Below are positions 49,975-62,269 of a stretch of DNA of 64,000 nucleotides, in pieces (position 1 is the first letter of the stretch; every line of letters starts with the position of its first letter). Both the position numbers and the translations under genes were made by a program. This DNA is from Pristiophorus japonicus. Its lineage: Eukaryota. Below the pieces are notes generated by a model, which ran no database searches, was not told where the DNA came from, and was given only the letters and a program-made list of their open reading frames with translations. Location of the stretch: the NCBI RefSeq assembly GCF_044704955.1, contig NC_091984.1:179304001-179368000 (forward strand). The letters are read 5' to 3'.

Positions 49975-52900
49975 AACACCGTGGGACCAGCAGACAATCG
50001 GAGCAGAGATAAAGCAGCACCATCTGACCTGAAGACAAGAAGTAAAAAGAACCAAAATCAAAGTATCATGTCACAGCAAAGAAGGTAAGTGATCGGTTGG
50101 TGAGTTCTCTCTTTTCTGGGGCATTGGTTTGAATTAAGAGCTGGGACTAAAAACAAAACTTGAAACTTAATGTAGTAAATACATTAGGATGGCAGGGCGG
50201 ATGAGTTTCTGCTGTTGCATGTGGAAGCTGGTTGAACCCATTGAGGTCCACAGCGACCACATCTGCAGCAAGTGTCTGCAGCACGATGAACTTCGGATCC
50301 ATGATGATGAGCTGGCATCTGAGCTGCGGACACTGCGACACATCAGGGAGGGAGGAGAGTTACCTGGATGCTCTGCTCCAGGAGGTAGTAACACCCCTTA
50401 GATTAATTAATTAAAATTTGGTCCGTGGTCAGGGATAGGAGGGTGTGACTACATGTGAGGTACGTATGGGTATCCAGGAGGTATTGATGGAGGAGCCCCA
50501 CCTCCTGGTATGGAGATCCAGGAGGTATTGATGGAAGAGTCAACAGGTTCGAGGCTCTTACTCCATGTGTGGACGAAAGCTGCAGGGAGGATGAGCAAAC
50601 TGACCACAGCACCGTGGTACAGGGGGCAAATCAAGTGGGGGAGTGAAAAGAAATGTTGTAGTGGTAGGGGACAGCATCATTAGGGGTATACATAAAGTTC
50701 TCTGCAGCCGATAGCATTTGTCCCGAAGGCTGTGTTGCCTGCACGGTACCAGAGTTAAGGATATCTCGTCTGGGCTGCAGAAGAACTTGGAGTGGGAGCG
50801 GGTAGATCCGGTTGTAGTGGTCCACGTGGGCACCAACGAAATAGAGAGGGCAAACAAAGAAGTTCTGCTGAAGGATTTTGAGCAGCTAGGAGCCAAATTA
50901 AAAAACAGAACCACAAAGATAATAATCTCTGGAATACTACCTGTGCTACGAGCAAATTTGCATGGATATAAAATATCGGAGAATTAAACACGTGGCTCAA
51001 AGAATGATGTGGGAGAAATGGGTTTTGGTTCATGGGACACTGGCAGCAGTATTTGGATAAGAGCGAGTTGTTGCGTTGGGATGGGCTACACTTAGATCAT
51101 GCCGGGACTCGGGTCCTGACGAATCAAATAGCTAGGGCTGTAGAGAGGGCTTTAAACTAAATAATGGAGGTGGGGGGCGGGGGGAGGGGGGGGGGGGGGT
51201 TCGGCTGAACAGAATTTTAAGAAGTGAAAGAACAAGGAGAAGGCAATAGAGCAGGGTATCACTGGGGGAAATGAAAACCAGAATGTGACAGGAAGGGACA
51301 CCATGTATAAACATGAAAGTGCATCAGAAAGTGGGGTCAAAGCAGGAAAAAGTGCTGACAAAAACAAATTTAAAAGCTCTTTATCTAAATGCATACAGCA
51401 TTCGTAACAATAGAGATGAGTTGACGACACAAAAACTTGTAAATGTGTATGATCTGAAAGCCATTACAGAGTCGTGGCTGCAAGGTGACCAAATGGGAAC
51501 GAAATATTCAGGGGGATTTGTCAATTTGGAAGGACAGACAGTAAGTAAAAGGAGGTGGAGTAGCTCTGTTAGTAAAGGATGAGATCAGTGTGATAGTGTG
51601 AAAACAACATATAGGCTCAAAAGAGCAAGATGTTGAATCAGTTTGGGTGGAGATAAGGAATAGTAAGGGGAAAACGTCATTGGTGGGCATAGTCTATAGG
51701 CCCCCTAAAAGTAGCTACACTTTTGGACGTAGTATAAATCAAGAAATAATGGAGGCTTGTAAAAAAACAACGGCAATAATCATTGACGATTTTACCCTTC
51801 ATATTGATTGGACAAACCAAATTGGCCAGGATAGCCTAGAGGAAGAGTTCATAGAGTGCATCTGGGATAATTACCTTGAATAATATGTTGCAGAACCAAC
51901 CAGGGAGCAGGCTACCTTAGATCAAGTCCTGTGTAATGAGACAGGATTAATAAACGACCTCCTAGTAAACGGCCCTCTGGGAATGAGTGAGGGTGAAAAA
52001 GTTGGATCTCAAACTGTCCTACGCTTAAATAATGGAGACGACAAATGTATGAAGGCAGAGTTGACAAAGTGGACTAGGAAAATAGAATAAAGTGTGGGAC
52101 AGTTGATGAGCAGTGGTGGATATTTAAGGAGATGTTTCATAACTCTCGTCAAAAATATATTTCAATAAGAAGGAAGGACTGTAAGAGAAGAGATAACCAT
52201 CGGTGGCTAACGAAGGAAATAAGGGGTGGTATCAAATTGAAAACAATGCCATACAAAGTAGGCAAAACTAGTGGGAGACCAGAAGATTGGGAAACTTTTA
52301 AAAGCCAAAAAAGAACGACCAAAGATATAATGAAGAAAGGAAGATAGATTATGAAAGTAAACTAGCACGAAATATAAAATCAGATAGTTAGAGGGTTTCT
52401 ACAGGTATTAAAAAAGGAAAAGAGTGGCTAAAGTAAATGTCATCCCTTAGAGGTTGAGACTGGGAAATTAATAATCGTGAACAGGGAAATGTTAGAGACT
52501 TTGAATAAATAATTTGTATTCATGGTACAAGACACTAAAACATCCCAATAGTGGATAATCAAGGAGCTATAGGGAGGGAGAAACTTAAAACAATCACGGT
52601 CACTAACGAAGTAGTACTTGGCAAAATAATGGGACGAAAGGAGAAGTCCTCTGGACCTGATGGCTTGCATCCTAGGTCCGTATAAGAAGTGACTGCAGAG
52701 ATAGTGGATGCGTTAGTTGTAATTTATCAAAATGCCTTGGATTCTGGGGAAATCCCAGTGGATTGGAAAACAGCAAATGTAGCACCCCTGTTTTAAAAAG
52801 AGGCAGACAGAAAACAGGAAACTACAGACTAGTTAGCCTAACATCTGTAGATGTGGAAAATGCTGGAGTCCATTATTAAGGAAGCAGTAGCAGGGCATTT

Positions 52901-52995
52901 GGAAAAGCATGTTTCAATCATGCAGAGTCAGCGGGGTTTTATGAAAGGGAAATCATATTTGACAAATTTGCTGGAATTCTTTGAGGATGTAATGT
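49975..52995 (+). mobile_element. CR1 LINE with 5' UTR, ORF1 (Cys motif, coiled coil, SGNH esterase) and ORF2 truncated in RT
   Basis: DHICSKC at about 50255; VVVVGDSIIRG at about 50655; VVVHVGTN; IIISGILP; EN/RT fragments 51350-52995. Confidence 0.9.
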
Positions 52996-55900
52996 GCAGG
53001 GACTTGTACAAGCTGGACAGGTTGCACTTCATCAGAGCCAGGACCAATATCCTTGCAGGGACGGGGAGGGGGTTGGTGGCGGGGGTGGGGGGGGGGGGCG
53101 GTTGCTAGTGCTGTTGGGGAGGGTTTAAACTAGCTTGGCAGGGGGATGGGAACCTGATAATAGATTTAGTAGCGACGGGAGTACAGCTGGAATGAGAATG
53201 CAAAAATGAAGAAAGTGAGTTTGAAGGTCAGGAAAAATGGGTGAAAAAAACAAATTTAAAAGCTCTTTGTCGAAATGCACGCAGCATTCGTAACAAAATA
53301 GATGTGTTGACGACACAAATAGTTACAAATTGGTATGATCTGATAGTCATTACAGAGATGTGGTTGCAAGGTGACTAGAACTGGGAACTAAATATTCAGG
53401 GGTATTTGACAATCCGGAATGACAGACAAAGGCAAAGGAGGTAGGGTAGCTCTGCTGATAAATTATGGAATCACTGCAATAGTGAGAAACGATATTGGCT
53501 CAAATGATCAGGATGTAGAACCAGTTCGGGTGGCGATAAGGAATAATAAGTTACTGGTAGGCTTAAAATATAGCCCCCCCCCCCCCAACAGTAGCTACTC
53601 TGTTGATCGGACTATAAACCAATAAATAGTGGGGGCTTGTAAAAAGGGAACAGCAATAATCATGGACGATTTTAATCTCCATATTCATTGGACAATTCAA
53701 ATTGGTACGGGTAGCCTTGAGGAAGCGTTCATAGAGTCCATAAGGGAAGGCTTCCTTGAGCAATATGTAACGGAGCCAACCAGGAGGCAGGCTATCTTAG
53801 ATCTTGTCCTGTGTAAAGAGACACAGTTAATAAACAATCTCCTGGTAAAGGATCCCCTTGCAATGATTGATCATAGCATGGTTGAAATTCAAATTCAGAT
53901 GGAGGGCGAGAAAGTTAGATCTCAAAACAGCGTACTAAGTTTAAATAAAGGAGAGTATAAAGGTTTGAGGACAGAGTTGGTTAAAGTGGACTGGGAAAAT
54001 ACATTAAATTTTAGGACGATTGATCAACAGTGGTGTACATTTAAAGAGATATTTCATAACTCTCAAGAAAAATATAGCCCAGTGAGGAGGAAAGAGTGTA
54101 AAAGAAAAGGTAGCCATCCGTGGCTGACTAAAGAAATAAAGGATTGTATCCAATTAAAAACAAGGGCATACAATGTGGTCAAAACTAGTGGGAGGACAGA
54201 AGATTGGGAAGCTTTTAAAAACCAGCAAAGAATGACTAAAACATGATTAAGCAAGGAACGATAGACTATGAAAGTAAACTAGCATGAAATATAAAAAGAG
54301 ATAGCCAGTGTTTCTGCACATATATAAAAAGGAAAACAGTGGCTAAAGCAAATTTTGGTCCATTAGAGGATGAGATCGGGGAATTAGTGATGGGGAACAT
54401 GGAGATGGCAGAAACTCTGAACAAATATTTTGTGTCAGTCTTTACGATAGAGGACACTAACAATACCTCAACAGTGAATAGTCAAGCGGTTTTAGGAGGT
54501 GAGCAACTTAACACAATCACAATTACTAAGTACTCAGTAAGATAATGGGACTAAGGGCGGATAAATCCCCTGGACCTGATGGCTTACATTTTAGAGTCTT
54601 AAGAGAAGTAGCAGCAGGGATAGTGGATGCATTGATTATAATTTACCAAAATTCTCTGGATTTTGGGGAGGTCCAGTAGATTAGAAAACTGCAAATGTGA
54701 TGCGCCTATCTAAAAAGGGAACCAGACAAAAAGCAGGAAACTATAGACCAGTTAACTTAACATCGGTGGTTGGGAAAATGTTCGAGTCCATTATTAAAGA
54801 AACAGTAGCAGGACAGTTGGAAAAGCATAATTCAGTCAGGCAAAGCCAACATGTATTTATGAAGGGGAAGTCATGTTTGACAAATTTGCAGGAATTCTTT
54901 GAGGATGTAACGAACAGGGTGGATAAAGGGGAACTAGTGGATGTGGTGTATATGGACTTCCAGAAGGCATTTGACAAAGTTTACTGCACAAGATAAAAGT
55001 CACAGGGCTGGTGGTAATATATTAGCATGGATAGAGGATTGGCTAATTAACAGAAAATAGAGAGTCAGGATAAATGGTTCATTCTCGGGTTGGCAATCAG
55101 TAACTAGTGGGATGCTGCAGGGATCAGGGCTGGAACCCCAACTATTTACAATCTATATTAACGACTTGGAAGAAGGACCAAGTGTAATGCAACCATGTTT
55201 TCTGACTATACACAGATGGGAGGAAAAGCAATATGTCAGGAGGACACAAAAAACCTGCAAAAGGACATAGACATGTTAAGTGAGTGGGCAAAAGTTTCGT
55301 AGATGGAGTATAATGTTGGAACGTGTGAGGTTATGCACTTTGGCAGAAAAAGAATCGAAGACCAAGTTATTATTTAAATGGAGAAAAATTGCCAAGTGCT
55401 GCAGTATAATGGGACCTGGGGGTCCTGGTGCATGAAACGCAAAAGGTTAAAATGCAGGTACAGCAATCTTGGCCTTTATTGCAAAGGGGATAGAGTATAA
55501 AAGCAGGGAAGTCTTGCTACATGTATACAGGGTATTGGTGAGGCCACACCTGGAATACTGCGTACAGTTTTGGTTTCCATATTTAAGAAAAGATATACTT
55601 GCTTTGGAGGCAGTTCAGAGAAGGTTGACTGGGTTGATTCCGGAGATGAGGGGCTTGACTTATGAGCAAAGGTTGAGTAGGTTCGGCCTCGACTCATTGG
55701 AATTCAGAAGAATGAGGTGATCCTATCGAAACGTATAAGATTATGAGGGGACTTGACAAGGTGGATGCAGAGAGGATGTTTCCACTGATAGGGCAGACTA
55801 AAACAAGGGGGCATAATCTTAGAATACGTGGACGCCCATTTAAAACTGAGATGAGGAGGAATTTCTTCCCTCAAAGGGTTGTAAATCTGTGCAATTCGCT

Positions 55901-56118
55901 GCCTCAGAGAGCTGGTGAAACTGGGTCATTGAATAAATTTAAGACAGAGATGGACCGTTTCTTTACTGATAAGGGAATAAGACATTATGGGGAGCGGGCA
56001 AGGAAGTCGACCTGATTCCATGATCGGATGAGCCATGATCGTATAAATGGTGGAGCAGGCTCGAGGGGCCGTATGGCCTATTCATGCTCCTATTTCTTTT
56101 ATTCGTATCCTCTTACGT
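52996..56118 (+). mobile_element. CR1 LINE (ORF1 end, full degenerate ORF2, 3' UTR)
   Basis: ORF fragments 53419-56015 span EN to RT C-terminus; 3' UTR resembles 3860-3974. Confidence 0.93.
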
Positions 56119-56419
56119 TATAGATAGATAAACAGACAGACAGGCAGATTGTACAGAGATTTAAGCAGTGTGAGAGAAACATGGAAGGAGTAAGGCAGAA
56201 TGAATCGAATGTAATCGTTGTTTGTTTCGTCTGTTAATAGGTATGCAAAATTGCTTTTATTGTACGGATGTTTGATGTCATTGTATGAACCTTAGACCGA
56301 AATTCCAGAGCTTCCTATTTGATTGGGCGAGTTAATTATTTAAAATTAGCAAGCCAAAATGTATTTCTTACAAACACTTTAAATGTCTTTGACTAATATT
56401 TCACAGCGCAATTTTACTA

Positions 56420-56772
56420 GAGACTTGAACACAGAAATCTAGCCTGACACTTCACTGAGGGAGTGCTCCACTTTTGGAGATGCCGTCTTTTGGATGAGGC
56501 TTTAAACCGAGCCCCATCTGCCCTTCCACGTGGATGTAAACGATTCCATGGTATCATTTCGTAGAAGAGAAGGTGAGTTTTTCCGTGTCGTGGCCAAAAT
56601 TTATTTCCAAACAACATCACAAAAACAGAGTACCTGATCATTATCACATTGCTGTTTGTGGGTGCTTGATGAGTGTAAATTGGCTGCTGCGTTTCCTACA
56701 ATACAACAGTGACTACACTTCCAATAACATAATTGGCTGTAAAGTGACAGGCGCCATATAAATGCAAGTCAT
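56420..56772 (+). mobile_element. Deu-domain SINE (SacSINE1/AmnSINE-like)
   Basis: tcattatcacattgctgtttgtggg...aaattggctgctgcgtttcctac...acaacagtgactacactt core, recognised from memory of the family. Confidence 0.7.
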
Positions 56773-57128
56773 TCTTTTCTTTTGAAGCATTGAGTGAAGT
56801 AACATTTTCATTGTCGAGTTGAAGGCTGTAGAAGACAGCAAGATGTAAAGATTTAATCAATGCAATGGGAGAGCAGTGAGAGTTGCGGGTTCACATAACG
56901 TCTCATAAGTACATGCTTGCTCTTTGAATATATAGGCCTAAATCATCATGATTTTCGGCTATTCTGTATCCTCACCACTGAAGAGGAAGGAATAATTGAA
57001 ATTTCACAAGTCAAATGACAATAATTGATCAGAATATTCTGTAAAACTACTCTAGTGAAGTTTTCTATATTTCAAGTTTTAAGCACATTTGTGGCGTAAA
57101 ATACCTTGGTGATGAGTTAATTCCTGCT

Positions 57129-57475
57129 ATGCAATTGAAAAATATTGGCCCTGCTGGTGGTCTGGAGAGCGTACAATGGTGTATAATACAATAAGTTAAC
57201 AGATTAGCATGCTAAAGGGTATTATGGAATGGTTATCATAGAGGGTTACAGTTAAGGAGGAAATGTAGAAACCGCAGGGTTAAATTGGGTGTGATTCGGC
57301 AGAAGGCTTAGAATATCCATCCCGAAATTATGAAAAATAGTTCCGAAGTCAGCACTAATATCTATCTGTTATCAATTGATCCTCTGAGATGGAGCATAAC
57401 AGATGGTTTAGATTAATATGTTGGATTCTATAGTCCAAGCTAATCACCCGGAGGTGTCAGTTAAAGGCAATTCAG
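57129..57475 (+). pseudogene. Possible very degenerate Ig leader-VJ relic
   Basis: Only scattered motif resemblance across several frames (ILALLVVW; GGNVETAGLNW; IRQK; STNIYLLSIDPL; D*YVG; QLKAI). Confidence 0.2.
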
Positions 57476-57654
57476 GAAGCACAAACGTGCTTATGTAGAG
57501 AATTATGGTTAGTTTGGTGAAAAGTTGCCTCGTTTAAGGTTTTATTATTCAGGTAATGGTGTGCCCTTTATAACCATAAAATTGTTTCGTACTGATTAGA
57601 AATGTCTTCCACAATCCAGTGAGTATGAGGTATATGTGGTGCAACATTGTCACC

Positions 57655-58323
57655 TACTGGCGTAGGTCGGGGCCATAACAGGAATGGAGGTGTGCTGGCC
57701 CAGGAGCAGCGTGGAGGTCCCGAACTGCGAGAAGCCACCAGCTGCAGGTCGGGGCCATAGAAGGAGTGGAGTTGCGGTGGCCGAGAGCAGTGCGGAGACA
57801 TGCCACTTCAGAGAGCAGCGTGAGCTGGTGCAGAAGGACGATTGGGTCGGACATCACCAAAATCCAGGTCGCTGATTGGAGCATGGGCAGGAGAGGTTGT
57901 AAACAGCAGAGGAGCGGTGAGTTCGGCGCGAAGGAGCGGCGAGAGATTGTAGAGCGACGTGACCGGGGGGGGGGGGGGCAGGAGACGCATGAGTTCGGGG
58001 CTGAGAAAAGTCGAGGGCCCAGGGGCTGCACAGGCCAGCCCACACTGCTATATGTGTGTGCACTAGATCCACGCAGCAGTGCTGGTCTCCATTCACCTTG
58101 GTTAATCCTTGCCACTGGAACAAGACCTAGCTCTGTCAAGCCCGTGCGGTGGCTGGTGTGCAACGGCCACCACACATTAAAAAATTCACGCACAGGCATC
58201 TTCCACCCTTCAATATGTAGTTCGTGACCTGAATGTCAGGTCCTTCCTGGAAGCACGTGTGAACTCATCCCTTTTTGGTGTGGAAGCATGTCATCCTCGA
58301 TGTGAGGTACCGCCGAAGAAGAA
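57655..58323 (+). mobile_element. Non-coding GC-rich retroelement with an RTE-type 3' end (putative RTE-dependent SINE)
   Basis: Last ~45 nt match the reverse complement of the RTE end at 47072-47112; (GAA)3 tail. Confidence 0.55.
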
Positions 58324-58639
58324 GAGCGTATGGCACAAACAATCAAGTAACAGTATACTTTGCATTAATCACATAGGACGCCTGTTATACATTTCGCTTG
58401 ATATTCAGTTCTACTGAAGAAAATGGAACGGAACATCAAGGCACTTTGTGATTTCGAATTCAGTTACTTAAAAAAAAATCTGGAATAAAAGGCTACAATC
58501 AGTAATGGTGACCATGAAGCTACTGGATTGTCAGAATTACTCAAATGGTTCACTAACGTCCTTTAGGGAACAAAATCTGCGATCCTTACATGGTCTGGCC
58601 TGTATTTGTCTCCAGACCTACATCAATGTTTTTATTATT

Positions 58640-59810
58640 AGTTCATGGGATCTGTGCGTCGCTGGCAAGGCCAGAATTTATTGCTCATCCTTAATTGCTG
58701 TTGAGAGTTTGCTGGTGAGTCACCATCTTGAACCGCTGCAGTCTGCATGGTGATGGTATCCCATAGTGCTTTTAGGGATTTTGATCCCGCGTCTATGAAG
58801 GAACGGCGATATATTTCCAAATCAGGATTGTGTGTGACTTGGAGGGAAACGTGGAGGTGATATTGTAACCCTGTCATGCTGCCCTTGTCCTTCTAGGTGC
58901 TAGAGGTCGTGGGTTTGGGAAGTGCTGTCGTGAAAGCCTTTACGGGTTGCTCCAGTGCATCTTGTAAATGGTACACACTGTAGCCATGGGACAACAGTGC
59001 AGGAGGGAGTGTATGTTTAAGGTGGTGGATGGGATGCCAAACAAGTGGCCTGCTTTGTCTTGCATGGTGTCGAGGGATCAAAGGGTGTGGAGAGAAAGCA
59101 GGAACGGGGTACTGAAGGAATGATCAGCCATGATCTTATTGAATGGTGGTGCAGGCTCGAAGGGCCGGATGGCCTAATCCTGCACCTATTTCCTATGTTT
59201 CTATATTTCTATGTTTCTTGAGTGTTGCTGCAGCTGCACTCATCCGGGCAAGTGGAGAGTGTTCCAGCACTCTCCTGACATGTGCATTGTAGATTGTGGA
59301 AATCAGGAGGTGAGACACTCGCTGCAGAATATCCAACCTTTGCCCTGCTCTTGTAGATACAGTACTTATGATGCTGGTCAATGCTAACCCCAGGATGTTG
59401 ATGTTGGGGGTTCAGCAATGCTAATCCTGTTGAATGTAATTGAGCAGTGGTTAGACGCTCTCTTGTTGCCTATATCGTTGCCTGGCACTTGTGTGCGCTA
59501 GTATCATCTAGGTCTTCTAGACTGCAGGCATAGACTGCTTTATTATCTGAGGAGTTGTGCATGAAACTGAACACTGTGCAATCATCGGTGAAAATCCCCA
59601 CTTCTGACTATATGATGGAGGGAAGGTCATTGATATAGCAGCTGAAGATGCTTAGGCCTAGGATACTGCCCTGAAAAACTCCTGCACTAATGTCCTGTGG
59701 CTGAGACGATTGGCCTTGAACAACCACAACCATCTTCCTTTGTGCTAGTATGTCTCCAGCTAGTGCAGAGTTTTTTCCATGACTCCCATTTACTTAAATT
59801 TTAGTCGGGC
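58640..59810 (-). mobile_element. CR1/L2-group LINE with a nested short CR1 3' end (59073-59216, + strand)
   Basis: Colinear with 48878-49870; the nested piece has a (TTTCTATG)-type tail. Confidence 0.75.
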
Positions 59811-59999
59811 TTTTGTACATCTTTGCGTGTTGATTCATGTTTAAATGTTAAAGTTTAATACAGAATTTGTAAAACGTTTACTTAGTAATTGAAGCAATAA
59901 ACAATTACGCATAGCTAAGCTTCTATAAATGTATTCTACCTATCGTTAACTTTAGAGATTTAAATTTCTGTAAGAAATATCTTTTGAATATGAATTGAC

Positions 60000-60380
60000 C
60001 AATGGCCGGGCATTACAGCCTCCGACTTCACTGAATTGGAGAGCGACACAATGTGTGAAAGGCTGCTCCACAAGCCGTCGTCTGACAGAACTGCCCTACC
60101 AGGCAGTTGTCCCCTATCAGGGTTCATCCCTCTGCTCGGGTTCCCATGATACTCTATATTCTCTCTCTGTCGGCTCCTCTGCAAGGATGGCAAAATCGAA
60201 ATCGCCTGCTAATGCAAAGTTCTGCAGAACGCATAAAATAACCACATTCCTAGTCACTCTATATGAGGAACTATACTGCAGTGCACCCCAGACCTTTCTA
60301 GCCACCTGAAGTGGCACTTCAGCACCTCAGTCGCTCCCTTGACAACAGTTGGTGGGAGGTGGCCTCAATGAATGCACATA
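60000..60380 (-). mobile_element. PIF/Harbinger transposase C-terminal relic
   Basis: TVVKGATEVLKCHFRWLERSG / GALQYSSSYRVTRNVVILCVLQNFAL resembles the HARBI1-like VIERTFG.LK.RFRCL..SGGALQY...CCVLHN. Confidence 0.75.
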
Positions 60381-60627
60381 GCACATAGCCCATAGCAGTT
60401 ACAAGCGTAACTAATATCCGCCCAAATTTCCGCAATATTCTCTGCTTGAGTTTGCACCCAGATTAACAATTTCTCTGTGCGTAAATCAGGAGGACTCTCC
60501 TGTGCATGCTAATGACATTGACAGGACATTTCGTCCTATATTGCCATTGACAAAATAAACTAGTATTTTACTTTTTATATCCAATTGAGAGCCATATTCT
60601 ATTGGTTATTCATACTTCTCTTTCCAG

Positions 60628-61490
60628 ATGCAGATGGTCAATCGGTGTTCGTTCGTCCGACTTCATCTGATGAAATCGCAGCCAGAATCATGGCAAATTC
60701 GATATGTAGTGAATGATTTTATCCCAGATGCCGTGAACGTTGAGCGGACTGTAGGTAGCAATGGCCCAGAAATTGCGGTCGAAGGCTTCCGGCCACATAC
60801 ATTTCTATGAAGGTACCTGGAGGTACCGGAGGTTCGGCAACTTGCAGTCCTGGACTCTATTCGAAGGACAGAATCGAGGCTCACATATTCCAGGATCGTA
60901 AGAACTTCATGCGCATCTTTGGGATCACGTGGGCTGGCTCAACCTATCAGAGTATGTATCGAGCAGCCATTAGTATGAATGGGAACACCTGCAAAAACGC
61001 AGAAATACTGAAAATAAATTTAAAAATCATCGTACATATTTAAAATTAATTAAAATGCAATTTAATTAAATATTTTATATAAAAATCTATATTTTTGATT
61101 CTTTGAAATGTTTTAACGAGGCTAAAAATAAACTTATCTTAACGGACAGGGTTTTTAAAATACAAATGAGTGATAACATTTTATTTTTCTATTTTTTCAA
61201 ACTCTTACGCTGGTAATAGCAGGCCTTATGCTGGCTTTTACCCACGTAAGCATTTCAACGACATTCACTGCGCAGGGGTGGGGCAAATAGCTCAACTCTC
61301 CACTCGCAGAATTCCTTTTACTTCGGACGTGGTGTATCTATGAAATGATTTCTTGACAGATGGTAAATTCCGGGTTTAGCCGCATGTGCAGTACATGCCC
61401 AAACCCGGAACTTGCATGCGCACCTCGTATACGCCTGTCGGTACCCAAATTCAGGCCCATTGTATACGCAGCATGGCGAGTTACCGCTAA
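60628..61490 (+). pseudogene. IGLC: Ancient Ig lambda constant-exon relic, split by a MITE and internally deleted
   Basis: Acceptor tttccag; xADGQSVFVRPTSSDEIAARIMANSIC, frameshift, VNDFIPDAVNVERTVGSN gives about 20 of 46 aa identical to the intact C. Intron 60565-60591 matches 36411-36437; 61470-61488 matches the C end 36769-36787 at 15/19. Confidence 0.85.
60763..61458. mobile_element. Harbinger-type MITE inserted in the C relic
   Basis: AAT then GGCCCAGAAATT ... AAATTCAGGCCC then ATT; same family as 40403-41122. Confidence 0.75.
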
Positions 61491-62269
61491 TTCAAACTGA
61501 TCGCGGCGGTTCGATGATAGTTTAAAATTAACCTGCTTTTAAGTGCAATGGCAATAATAGGCACCTTTTTAAATTTTTTAAATATTATGAATTGTTTCAT
61601 TTACTAAGAAACTGGCTACTGTACCCCAATTAAATTAATAAATGGTTCCGTATGTGTTTTTAGAAATATCATATCAGATATTTAAAGTCAGGTCACTCAC
61701 GAGTGGTGGAGTAGATACTCAAGAACAATGCTTGATTTTTGATAAACCCATTTTGAGCTGGTTTAATAAAACTGCACCAGAGTACCACTCTTAAATATAT
61801 AATGGAATATTTTAATGCAATGGGGAAAAGGAGGAGAATTAAACAATTACCTTCTAACATACTGTCGGATTGCAATGGTTCCTGGAAGATTTTATGATTG
61901 AGATTGTGCAAATGTGTTTGAGCAGAAACTTGAAACATAAATTCACTTTGGACAATCAAATGCAAATTCTAGTACAAATTGCGGATTGTGCTCGAGGACG
62001 AAACTCAACCCTCTTATTATCCTTGTTTTGAATCACTTCATACTTGTCAATTTAAGTAACATTGATGCCGACATCCTACTGCTCCAGCCTTGTGATATGG
62101 TTGGAGCTCCAGAAGCTCATAAGATGTAATTAGAATTGAGCAATGAGCGTAAATGAATCACGAACAATGACTGTATTTTACTATATCTACCGAACTACAA
62201 TTTGCTCCATCATTCAGTTCAGCACGGGTTTAGAGTAATAACGAGTTGCATTGAATATCCAGCAAAGAA

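Noticed and set aside
57654-58227. Overlapping 150-180 aa ORFs on both strands
   Set aside because: GC-rich repeat with few stop codons; no recognisable domain
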